Origin: Ancylonema sp.
Taxonomy: Eukaryota
Assembly: GCA_050230475.1 (NCBI GenBank)
Contig: JBFLGF010000005.1
Location: 124,001 to 158,801 of the forward strand
Direction: 5' to 3'
Length of the DNA stretch: 34,801 nt
Both the position numbers and the translations under genes were made by a program. The notes beneath the pieces are model-generated. The model was not told where the DNA came from, ran no database searches, and saw only the letters and a list, made by a program, of their open reading frames with translations. Positions 1 through 16,242 of the stretch are shown piece after piece; within the stretch, counting starts at the first letter, position 1; the number at the start of each line of letters is the position of its first letter.

Positions 1-975
1 AGCTGCTGGCGATGGCGTAGGGCACTAAGCAGCTCTGTGGCCTGCTTGGTGGCACGTGTGGCATTTCTAGGCTCCGGCATGGCCTCCGCCAATGGCTGGT
101 GAAGGATAGTTCGCCCTGATGTGGCCGAATTGATGGCAGCAGAAGCACTCGACGCCTCCAGCGTCTCTGCGACCAGCTCCACCCCCCCCCCCACCACCAG
201 GTCTGCTGCTGCCTCCAGCTCCGCTTGACCCCCTCCAAGTCCACCATAATGAGCTCGGTGACCTCCTGGCAGCGCCCCCCTCTTTCGCTCATTCAGCTCC
301 TTTCTGACGTCGTCGCGCAGCAGCGCACTCACGATGTGGGGAATCGTAAACAGGAGTGGTGACGACTCTTACCACGGCGTCAGCGTCGAGACCATTGGGC
401 TGTAATGAGTGTTGAGGGAGTTTAGCAGGTTGATCGCCTGCTTCGGTGTTACTGGCGCACCCAGATTCTTCAAATCCTGGTGTAGCTGCTGCAACCGCTT
501 CACATATACGTTGAGGTCCTCTGCCCGTCTGTATAATTGCGCTCAGCAACGCCTCGGTGTTAGCGATTTCGATCGCTCCCTGCACCATGTAGACTGTCTT
601 CAGGGCTTCCCACATTTCGGCAGCTGTCGTGCAGTCCGTGACGTGCGTCAGCTCCGAAGGACCCAAGTGTTTAACAATGTAGGACATAGCAGCCAGATTG
701 TCCTCGTCCCATTTCTCGAGCTGCAGCAGCTGCTGGGAAATCTGCTGCTCCCTAACCATTCTCTCGACATCCACGTCGATCCGTCTAGCGGCAAGTTGCA
801 GCTCATTGTCTGGTGACAATGGCAATATGACATCTGGACGACACCTCCGCAGCAGGTTGTCCCAACCCATCACTACACGATGCAGCTTCTTGTCCGCTAA
901 CCCATACTTGACCTTAAAGGCCCATCCTGTGTAATCTGCTCCAGTAAACTGTGGGATTTGCGATCTATCCGACAT
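1..975 (-). pseudogene. gag: copia Gag (frameshifted)
   Basis: Matches the Gag of copy 2 up to ...ALLSAIIQ. A ~2-nt deletion near 525 then shifts the frame, but DNA homology continues into the zinc-knuckle region at the window edge. Confidence 0.85.
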
Positions 976-1213
976 TGTGGCAGCAATTGTTTAGGATTTC
1001 TTCGAGTTTCTCACTCAGTTCGAGCTCTCAGTGCAATTCCTGCAATGCAGCACGCAGCTCGAATTCTTGCAGCGCAATGTCGAAATTACGTGCAGCACTT
1101 AACAACTACGGATAAATTTGCGCTCACTGGCAGAATTTACCGTTTTCAGAGATTAATTGCAGCGAATCGCGTGAGCCTGTAGTTTTTAACCAACGTCTGA
1201 ACTAGACCGCACG

Positions 1214-1226
1214 TGGGCCCATAACC
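1214..1226 (-). promoter_or_regulatory. Primer binding site (half-tRNA iMet type)
   Basis: The reverse complement of tgggcccataacc is GGTTATGGGCCCA, 2 nt from the LTR end. This is the PBS type of Drosophila copia/Ty5-like hemiviruses. Confidence 0.85.
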
Positions 1227-1228
1227 TT

Positions 1229-1681
1229 TAAGATTTTAGTGATTAGACGTGCAGGATGATTTGGTGGGCGACAAAACGAACCGTACGCAAAAGGATCTCC
1301 ATCACGATGATCAACGAGACAGGAGATACGTGTGTGGAACGAATTAATTAGTGTGATCGCATCGGGGATGGTAATACCCGATGCGCTTTACATGTCGTTG
1401 CGTGCCGACGGTCGGTACAATTGACCGTCGGCCTATCCCTGAGTGACAACAACTCATCTACGTGTCAACGGCACATGCCGGACACTCCTGACATGACTAA
1501 ACAAACCAATCACGACACGTCAAGCATTAACGTCTCTAAGTGTCGGCAACATGTCAGGTGCCCGGACACAAACGTGCCCGGCTCCGCATATAAGCACATC
1601 TAGGAATATTGCTCCCGGTTAGAGTACCGGTTACAACTGGACTAGCAAGCATAATATATGGCTATCCAAAATATTCCAACA
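1229..1681 (-). repeat. 5' LTR of copia copy 1
   Basis: Inverted near-copy of 7484-7938. Starts TGTTGGAATATTTTGGATAGCC and ends ...AATCTTA before AA+PBS. Confidence 0.9.
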
Positions 1682-2425
1682 CCTAACCCATTGTGATTGG
1701 CGACTCACCCTCAATGATAAAATCTATCAATTTATACCATACCTCCGAGATAATTTTCGACCGCTTGATAACGATGTATAAAATCAACCAACACTTGGTG
1801 AGAGGCTCACAACCCTAAGCTGACATTTCACACCCTGAGTCTATATATGACCATTCGAAAATCCTTCCAACAATCATTGTGAATTTCCTTTCGAACGAGT
1901 CATTCCTAAACATCTTATATTTTCAACATTGATATGAACTCTACGAATGTCAAGCCACGAAATTATTGTAGTACTCCACTCAGCTCCCGGCTCCAAATAA
2001 CACACCACGAGTCCTTCTAGAGTAGTTCAAAAACGAATCCCCGAAATGGAGGCTATTTGCATACAATATTTTTGTCAAAGGCGGGATGGCTTTGTATTTC
2101 ATACCCATGAGCCATCATACCCATTGAGATCTACATTTCCTCACGGAGTAGGGAGACTTAAAAAAAAACACACATCTCTTATCTCTTATACCTTGTTTTT
2201 AAACTTTCACATATCTCTTTCGGTAGCTTAACAATTGCATGTGTAAGCCCATACCTATCATCCCCTTGACATTTGGCAACTGTATTTTGCTCCACGTCGT
2301 TCTCCACATTGGAGTAATCGGTCACCACTCTAGTGTGTGGTGTTAGACTTGTGATACTCAATCACCAAATCTCTTGCACGTCTAATCACTCAAAAGCTTC
2401 ACGTCTAATCACTCAAAAGCTTAAA

Positions 2426-2438
2426 GGTTATGGGCCCA
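2426..2438 (+). promoter_or_regulatory. Primer binding site (half-tRNA iMet type)
   Basis: GGTTATGGGCCCA follows the LTR-end sequence CTTA and a 2-nt AA spacer. Confidence 0.85.
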
Positions 2439-2659
2439 CGTGCAATCTAGTTCAGACGCCGTATTGGTTAAAAACTACACGCTCCACGCGATTCGCTGCA
2501 AAGATCTCTGAAAACGGTATATTTTGCCAGTGAGGGCAAATTTAGCCGTAGATGTTAGGTGCGGCACGTAATTTCGACATTGCGGTGCAAGGAATCGAGC
2601 TGAGTGCTGCATTGCAGGAATTGAGAATTCTCGTATCCTATACAATCGTCGCTGCCATA

Positions 2660-5600
2660 ATGTCGGATAGATCCCAAATCCCGCAGTTTACAGGAGCAGA
2701 TTACACAGGATGGGCTTTTAAGGTCAAGTATGGGTTAGCGGACAAGAAGCTGCATCGTGTGGTGATGGATTGGGACAGCCTGCTGCGGAGGTGTCGTCGA
2801 GAAATTATACTGCCAATGACGCCAAAGAATGAGCTGTATCTTGTTGCTAGGGGGGTCGACGTGGATGTCGAGAGAACGATTAGGGAGCAATAGATTTCCC
2901 AGCAGCTTTCGCAGCTCGAGAAATGGGACGAAGACACTCTGGCTGCTATGTCCTACATTGTGAAACATTTGGGTCCCTCGGAGCTGACGCACGTCACGGA
3001 CTGCACGATAGCTGCCGGCATGTGGGAAGCCCTCAGGACATTCTATCAGGTGCAAGGAGCTATCGAAATAGCACATATTGAGGCGCTGCTGAGCGCTGTG
3101 ATTCAGGCGGAGGCTGAGGACCTCAACGCCTATGTGAAGCGGCTGCAACAGATACACCAGGACCTGAAGAATCTGGGTGCGCCTGTGACGCCGATGAAGC
3201 AGGCGATCAACCTGCTAAACTCCCTCAACACCCATTACAACCCTATGGTTTCAACGCTCATGCAGTGGTCGGAGTCGTCACCACACCTCTTCACAATCCC
3301 TCACATCGTGAGTGCGCTGCTGCGCGACGACGTCCGGAAAGAGCTGAACGAGAGGAAGAGGGGTGCGCTGCCAGGAGGACACCAAGCTAACTATGGTGGA
3401 CCTAAGGGGGGTAGCGGAGCTGGAAGCAGCAGCAGTCCTGGTGGTGGAGGTGGAGCTGGTCGCAGAGACGCTGGGGGCGTCGAATGCTTCAACTGCCATC
3501 AATTCGGCCACATCAGGGCCAATTGTTCTTCACCAGCCGTGGGAGGAGGATATGCCGGAGCTGGGAAATGCCACAGGTGCCACCAAGCAGGCCATAAAGC
3601 TGCTCAGTGCCTTGCAGCATCGCCAGCAGCTGCACATGTTGGACATGCGATTCAGGGAAGTTTAGGGGGGAAACCAAAGTGCAGATATTGCAACAATTTA
3701 GGGCATTCATCTGACAAATATAGAAAACGAGCATCTGACATGGCATTGATGAACCCCGAAGCTACTCGAAAGGCTGACGCACAGGCACGACTTGCTCGTT
3801 TTGCTAACAAACCTTTCGATGCTAATGTGGATTATCTTGCTTTTGGTGCATTCTCATTTGATGTTGCTCGTGCTTTGTCTGCGGTTCTCACAAAGAGTCT
3901 CTCATCCTGGATTCATACTGACCTACTGACCACATCTTCACCGCGCGTGAACATTTTGTGGAGTACACCCCGACCCTCAGCACGCAGAGAGCCTTCATCA
4001 CCACTGCTGACGGCTCGTCACACAAGGTAGCAGGCACGGGGTGCACATCCGAGTCAGGAATGGCGACACGTTCTTCGTGCAGCCTCTCAACTCGATCCAC
4101 GTCCCTACCTTTGCCTGCACTCTCGTGTCGACTCCATGCCTCGTCAAAAGAGGTGGGCTGAGCTACTTACAGCTGCCCACGGGTCCAAAATTGAAAAAGG
4201 GGAATGTGAAATGGGCTGATGTAGTGGAAGAGCCTAGTGGTCTCACTTTGCTAGCTGCTACCATCATCATGCCTGGGTCAATACTACAACAAACTTATCC
4301 ACAGGCATGATCTGGCATCACAAACTGGGTCACCCCGGAGCTGATGTTATGTCAGAATTTTGTTAGACGTGGGGACATACCGAAGTTAAGTCCAGATGAA
4401 TGAGTTGAGGTCAAGGGTTGTCAGGTTTACTGTTGCTGTCAGGGTAAAATGAGTCAATTGAGTCACGCCAAGGCTAGCGAAGATCTAGGGACATGCCCCA
4501 AGATGGGACGCATTCACCTGGATCTGATTGGACCTCTTTCTGTTAAGTCTGCTAATGGGGCTTTCAGATATGCACAGACAGGGATTGAGGTGTCCACACG
4601 TCTGTCATTTGTCAGTCTACTAAAAACAAAAGATGAAGCACTGAACCGAGCAAAGGTCACTATACAGTTGCGAAGTACAGTCAGGATTGCCACTACAGTC
4701 TATCAGGACAAACAAGGGTGGGGAGTATGTGTCTCAGGACTGGATGAACTCGTGTGGGGGGAAGGGAATTGACAAACAAACCACAGAAGCATACAGTCCT
4801 GAACAAAATGGAATCTGTGAGAGACTGAACATAACTTTGAGAGAAATGATGCGATGCATACTAATTTGGTCAGGTTTACCAAAGTCATATTGGGATGTTG
4901 CACTGTTGTATGCAAACTGGTTAAGAAATAAAACACCAACTAAGTCGCTCGCTGGCAAGATACCGATTGAAGTCTAGGAGGGAAAGAAGTTAAAAATGAA
5001 CAAAAATCATAACTTTGGGTGTCTAGTGCAATATTTAAAAGTTGGGGCAAAAAAGAACAGGCAAGGGGACAAGTTTGCTCTTCGCACGTGTTTTGGTGTG
5101 TTTCTGGGGATGGCTGCCGGGAGTGCAGGCTACAACGTGTTCGACCCTCATAGGGTGGGGGTGATAGCACGCACGGATGTGCGGTTCTTCGAGGAGGTGC
5201 CGGGGTACCCGAAACTGATGGGGGGGAGAGCTCCCCAGGTTGAGGCTACAGCAGAAAAACACTTCTTTTATCTGTTCCCCGACACCGAAGATGGTGCCAC
5301 CAGCAGCAGTTGTGCGAGCAGCAGCAGTTCAACCCAACATGCCATCAATCATGCCAGCAATGCCGGCACAAGCAGCTCCAGCAGCTCCAGCAGCACTAGT
5401 ACGAGCTCCAGCTGCCAACAATCTTCAGCACGACGACTTCCAGCCACAAGCTGCTGAGGTCCCCATCATTGCGATTGAGTTGTTTGACAGCCAGTCTGGG
5501 ATCGACAATGCAGGAGGTGGAGATGCAGGGGAGAAGGAGGTGCAAGGAGGGGGTGCGAACCCAGAAATGGGGGAGCCAGGCAGCATAGCAGACACGGTAA

Positions 5601-6787
5601 TGGCCAGACGTAGAGCCAACTTTGCCCAGTATGGCGACATTCTGTGATGTGATGGGGAGGAGTTCGACGACGAGGCACACGCCAACTACTCAGCGACTGA
5701 GTGGGGACCAGCTGCTTTTTCACTGGCTTTAACGGTCCAGTAGACCCTGGCTACGCCTGCGTCGCATCATCCAACAAATCCTCCGAGCCACTCACCCTCA
5801 ACCATGCCATGAGGAGGCCAGACTAGGACCAGTGGGACAGAGCCATCGTCGAAGAGCTCGCTGCCCTAGAGACGTTCAACACCTTTGAGGTGTGTGTTCT
5901 TCCTCCAGGTAAAAAGGCTGTGGGGTGTCGATATGTTTTTAAAGTCAAAATAACACCTAAGGGGGATATTGAAAGATACAAAGTCAGACTGGTCGCACAT
6001 GGATTTTTACAGCAAGAGGGAATTGACTATAATGAAGTATTTGCACCAGTTATTGGCAGTACATCTATCACTTTACTCCTCGCTATAGCAAACCACTTTG
6101 ACTGGGAATTGGAACAGATGGACGGGATAAAAGCGTTCCTGCATGGACGTCTCGAAGAGGAAGTATATATGAAAATACCACCACGTATGTATATAAAAGG
6201 GGGAGCTGAGGGAAAGGTCTTACGACTAAAGGGTGCTTTGTACGGACTGAAATAGAATAGCCACGTGTGGCAAGAAATGTTCAAAAAAATCATGATATCT
6301 GAAGGGTTTAAACAATGTGTAATGGATACTTGCATATACATGAGGGGAGAGGGGGGGCAGCAAAATCATACTGGGCATTCATGTAGATGATCAGGTGATC
6401 ACAGGTCGTAACGCAATGGTGGTCAAAACATTTAAAGGGGACATGGGTTAAAAAGTTTAAAGTCAAGGATCTGGGTCCCTTAACCCATATCCTGGGGGGG
6501 GTGGAACAAAAAAAACTGCTCACACTGGGACAGTCAAGATTCTTGAGGGGGGTTCTAGAACGGTACGGAATGCATGAATGTAATCCAACAAAACTCCCAC
6601 TCGCCCCTGGTATGCGATGCATTTTAATGTGGTCTATCACTGGGTACGGGAATGCCACAGCACTGGGAGACTAAAGTATGTGTACCTTGCAGGGGCAAAT
6701 CGACCAGCAGATATGCGAACCAAAGTTCTCCCACAGGTTTTACTGGACAGACACAGCAAAAGTCTAGGTTTTGGACGGATATACTGA
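2660..6787 (+). pseudogene. copia Gag-Pol polyprotein, inactivated
   Basis: CCHC knuckles CFNCHQFGHIRANC, CHRCHQAGHKAAQC and CRYCNNLGHSSDKY. Protease is frameshifted (~3907-3940). WHHKLGH at ~4313. Integrase motifs IHLDLIGP, IRTNKGGEY, SPEQNGICERLN. RT motifs YKVRLVAHGF, EVFAPV, LYGLK, HVDD (~6379). RNase H C-terminus YHWVRE...PADMRTKVLP. In-frame stops at 2891, 4975, 5824 and 6253. Confidence 0.92.
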
Positions 6788-7483
6788 ACTGGGGGTGTCA
6801 GTCTTTCTTTTTTTATTTTTCTTTTTATTTTTTTATGGAGGTTTCGAATGCCATGCATGTTGGCAGGGTTTGTGTTTTGTGTTTCTTTCATGCAGAAGTT
6901 CATATGGGGAGGGTACAACAACTTCGCTAAGTCACACTCTGCCTTAATACCTCGTAAAGAACACTTAAGAACAATTAAGGACACTTAAGACAGATCAGAA
7001 AGTGCAGATCTGCTCAAGTTTAAAATTGTCCGTTTGCGCTGAATTTCAGAATTTATGACCTCATCAATGTTGCAAAACTTATGTCAAAATTTGATGCTGA
7101 TACGTTTGGTACTTTTGAAGTTATGCTGTTTTGAAGTTTCCAGATTGGAAAGTACAAAAGTCAAAAACATTATGAAAAGTGAAAAAGTCAAAAATATTTT
7201 CTTAAGTTGTTGGTTTTTCGCCTAACTTGTGGTATTTGTTTGTATGTTCAGGGCTTCGGCCTGAAAAACGACTACGGATCTGGAGCTATTCGACGTTTGA
7301 AGTTCCGATCCGGCTTCCGATCAGCTGCATTTGTAGATAGGGCCCCCTAGCACGCTTGTATGCTAGGGAAGACCACACTACTTCATAGGCTATGCAATGG
7401 TTCTGCCATGATTTAGCTATAACTAGGGTAGTCCCTTGGATGTCAACATCTATGCCAACTTTAGCATGGCATCCGAGGGGGTG

Positions 7484-7938
7484 TGTTGGAATATTTTGGA
7501 TAGCCATACCTTATGCTTGCTAGTCCAATTGTAACCGGTTACTCTAACCGGGAACAATATTCCTAGATGTACTTATATGCGGGGTCGGGCACGATTGTGT
7601 CCGGGCACCTGATCTGTTGTCGACACTTAGAGTCGTTATTGCTTGACGTGTCGTGATTGGTTTGTTTTAGTCGTGTCAGGAGTGTCCGGCATGTGCCGTT
7701 GACACGTAGATGAGTTGTCACTCAGCGATAGGCACGGTCAAGTCGGCACACAACGACATGCACACAACGACATGTAAAACGCATCGGGTATTACCATCCC
7801 CGATGCGATCACAATAATTAATTCGTTCCACACACGCAATTCCTCTCTCGTTGATCATCAGTGATAGAGATCCTTTTGCGTACGGTTCGTTTTGTCGCCC
7901 ACCAAATCATCGTGCACGTCTAATCACTCAAAAGCTTA
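7484..7938 (+). repeat. 3' LTR of copia copy 2
   Basis: Follows the polypurine tract and is homologous to 1229-1681 (inverted). Contains an internal tandem duplication GCACACAACGACAT x2 (~7746-7773). Confidence 0.9.
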
Positions 7939-7941
7939 AAC

Positions 7942-10378
7942 CATAGTGGGTCGCGCTCCGCTCGCGGAATTGGCGAGCCCGGCTCCGAGCCGGCGCGCGT
8001 CCGCGAGCCGCCTGGCAAAAACGAAACATCGAAATGCGACTAAGTAAAAATCCTTCTCTGCCAAGCAGGTAGTTACTTAGTTACCGATACTTCGGGCAGT
8101 ACGTCCCTCATATAGTAACCATAATCTGATGGTTACTAGAGAGATTATGTTCGTCGGATCCGGTTTTTTTTTGGCAACAGAAAGATTCTGTACCGAATCT
8201 TGAGAATCTTCTGACATTCCGGGAATCGGACGACATCTGGGGGAGGGACGGGGCGGTGAACAACGCTCACCCGTCAGAATGCGGGATTTCTTAAAAAACT
8301 GACAGATTCTGTAGCGCAAACGACAAACTGAATCTATGAGTGTCACACATTACGATGGCTTAGCTAGGGCAACGTCCGAGGAGTCTGGGGCAACGTCCCA
8401 TTTTCAGCGAGTTCCTCATGTTCGATCGAAAGTATTGACGATGACCGTATATACGGCTCGAATTGAACTCGAGTTCCCTGAGCCGTCGGTCTACATTTGT
8501 CGTATTGGCCGGAATCTAGCCCAAATTTTGATGTCCCGTCTGGGCAACGTGGCCGTCACAGACACCAGTACCAGGTGTTTAAAATCCCGGTCCACGACCT
8601 GTAGATCGCGGTAGCTCGTCCGCGTGGCTATCGGAAGGTTACGACCATCAGGGTCACGCGGGGCAGGGAAACTAGCCACCGTGTAACTCCCGCCGGACAT
8701 CTGGGCTACACCGACATCTGTAGGGTGGCGGTAACCCGCATTTTTTTGGTCCGGTTTAAAAATAACCCGCATATACCCTCAAATAACCCGCAAATAGCCT
8801 AATGTACCCCTAATTACCCCCACCGTAACCCTTCAATACCCGGAAATATCCCTAAATACCCTCAAATACCCTGAATAACCCTAGCATATCCTAACATACC
8901 CTGAAGGACTATACCCTATCAAAAGCTGGAAAAAAACCTGATTTTTATATAAAAAACTTTGCATGACTAAAATTTGCATGTTAAGAGAGTCTCTTTGAAA
9001 GACACGCAATTGGAAAGCACAGACGTTGTACACACGAGTATTTGACGGTATCATTGTAAAAATGGAGCATGTCAACCATAGTGACTCGATCATCTTCTTT
9101 TTAAGGTGAATGTAAGAAAATGTTATTTATGAATCTTTTCAGTAGTTTTGTCATTATGACTTGATGGACACTAACATGTTGTTTGGGTAACGCTTGTATC
9201 ATACTCGTGTTATGCGCGACATACACCTTGTGATTGTGTTTGTTGTGATGGGCCTCTTTGCCACGTCATCGATTTTATCCCTTTTCAGACACTTGATAGT
9301 GTGAAATAGCATAGCATGCAAATTATTTTCAATTGAGGCCCAAAAAGGTTAAAAAGGAGATTAATAAATGTTTTCAACACCCTGAAGAGATTGATCCACG
9401 AGTTGCTACCATCATATTCCAGAACCACAAGACAATAAATATATTCAAAAAATAGTCATACCAAGGTAGGAACGATCATAACTACGCTAAGAAAATATTC
9501 ATATGACAATTAGCTAAGGCATCTTATGCTAAGGGGCTCCAATGCATTCGAGAAAATTGTTGCGAGGGGAGATTTTCTCCATCCCCATTTTCCCTTGGGA
9601 GGTACATTAGGCTATACATTAGGCTATTTGCGGGTTATTTGAGGGTATATGCGGGTTATTTTTAAACCGGACCAAAAAAATGCGGGTTACCGCCACCCTA
9701 AGCCCAGATGTCCGGCGGGAGTTACACGGTGGCTAGTTTCCCTGCCCCGCTGAATCGATGGCAAGACCCTGCTTGGTCGTAACCTTCCGATAACCACGCG
9801 GACGAGCTACCGCGATCTACAGGTCGTGAACCGGGATTTGAAACACCTGGTACTGGTGTCTGCGACGGCCACGTTGCCCAAACGGGACATCAAAGTTTGG
9901 GCGAGATTCCGGCCAATACGACAAATTTAGACCGACGGCTCAGGGAACTCGAGTTCAATTCGAGCCGTATCTACGGTCATCGTCAATACTTTCGATCGAA
10001 CACGAGGAACTCGCTGAAAATAGGACGTTGCCCCAGACTCCTCGGACGTTGCCCTAGCTAAGCCCCATTATGATGGAACAGGAGGACAACGATGGTACGG
10101 AAAATTACGATGAACGGGAGACGAGCTAAACAACAAAATTGTAGCTTGCAAACGACAAGGGGGAATTGTGAACGGGGGCGGGTGAATGACGGGATATAGT
10201 GACGGGATACGGTGTTATGAAACAGTATTACGCAAGCATAATAGTCCACCGCTTGGCGGGGGACGGGGCTACCATTTGTTTTTTTTGTTTTTTTCCTGTG
10301 GGTCCCGCTCCGCTCGCGAATTTTGCGAGCCGGGCTTTGAGCCGGCGTGCATATTTTCCGGATCGGGGATCCATTGTG
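7942..10378. mobile_element. Non-autonomous hAT-like element (CATAGTGGGTC family), interrupted by a MULE/foldback insertion
   Basis: 7942-8356 plus 10075-10378 is colinear with the uninterrupted copy at 31891-32589. Left end CATAGTGGGTC, degenerate right end GATCCATTGTG. Confidence 0.8.
8357..10065. mobile_element. Non-autonomous Mutator-like/foldback element with ~450-bp TIRs
   Basis: Inverted repeats 8357-~8808 and ~9601-10065 (GGCTTAGCTAGGGCAACGTCC...). 9-bp TSD CATTACGAT (8348-8356) / CATTATGAT (10066-10074). The homolog near 32288 has a single CATTACGAA. AT-rich non-coding core. Confidence 0.9.
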
Positions 10379-10520
10379 GGTGGAACCATTAAAAAAAATG
10401 AAATTAGACTGGTTATTAATTTACGTGTTACATTTTGGCTGAAAACAATTCGGGCGGAATATTTTGCATTAAATTAGACAGGTTATTAATTTTCACGGTA
10501 CAAATTTAGACAGGTCTCAC

Positions 10521-10681
10521 CGTATAGTGACATCGACAAAAATCTGGGAATTTTTGGTCATTGTCACGTGAGTCACTATATAGAGTAGGTTTTCATATTG
10601 GATTAGAAAAAGGTCAAAAAAAATGTCACTATATCGAGAGTGTCACTGTACAGTGTGTCGCTATATCAAGATTGCATTGTA
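10521..10681. mobile_element. pogo/Tigger-like MITE right-end fragment
   Basis: Repeated GTCACTATA motifs ending ...CGCTATATCAAGATTGCATTG-TA, resembling a CAGTG..CTCGATATA-type TIR. No matching left end found. Confidence 0.45.
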
Positions 10682-11096
10682 GTGACAACCTAAAATGAAA
10701 AAATATACTGATCCTTGTGTGAGACGCGAATCACAACTAGAAATTCGGCAAAAGGATTTCACAACATTGAGAAGAACCATGTGTGGTTCATGCCAACCAA
10801 TATAATTGATAACCCCTCACGGTAAAGAATGTATACCCACAAAAAATATTATTAGTCCTAGTGCTACAAATAATAACAAATCCATCCCTGTACTCCAATT
10901 TACAAGCAACCATTATGAGGCATATCTTCTCCCACCACAGCATCTTGGCATCTTTTCACACCAAGACCGTTGCCTAAAAATATGAGATCTCAATATACTT
11001 CACTTATAAACGGCAACCTGTCACACTAATGGCCAATAATCAATCTCCCACCATTTTCATCCAACTCACGACCAAACTCGCTAGTCGAGATACAAT

Positions 11097-16242
<5,146 letters not shown>

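Larger units (their letters stand above)
1..1681 (-). mobile_element. Ty1/copia LTR retrotransposon copy 1 (5' part; continues off the left edge)
   Basis: Read on the minus strand: LTR (1681-1229), PBS GGTTATGGGCCCA, 5' UTR, then gag (MSDRSQIPQFTGADYTGWAFKVK...). Colinear with the plus-strand element at 2363-7938. Confidence 0.92.
2363..7938 (+). mobile_element. Ty1/copia LTR retrotransposon copy 2 (degenerate; 5' LTR mostly absent)
   Basis: LTR 3' remnant 2363-2423, PBS 2426-2438, gag-PR-IN-RT-RH order (copia), PPT GAGGGGG at 7475-7481, 3' LTR 7484-7938. Confidence 0.93.

Noticed and set aside
409..5723. Antisense and alternative-frame ORFs over the copia elements
   Set aside because: Shadow ORFs of GC-rich gag-pol sequence with no independent motifs.
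8245..8280. Hairpin GACGG..CCGTC with an apparent compensatory change versus ~32188-32217
   Set aside because: Both changes are CG->CA and CG->TG, which CpG deamination explains, so this is not evidence for a structured RNA.
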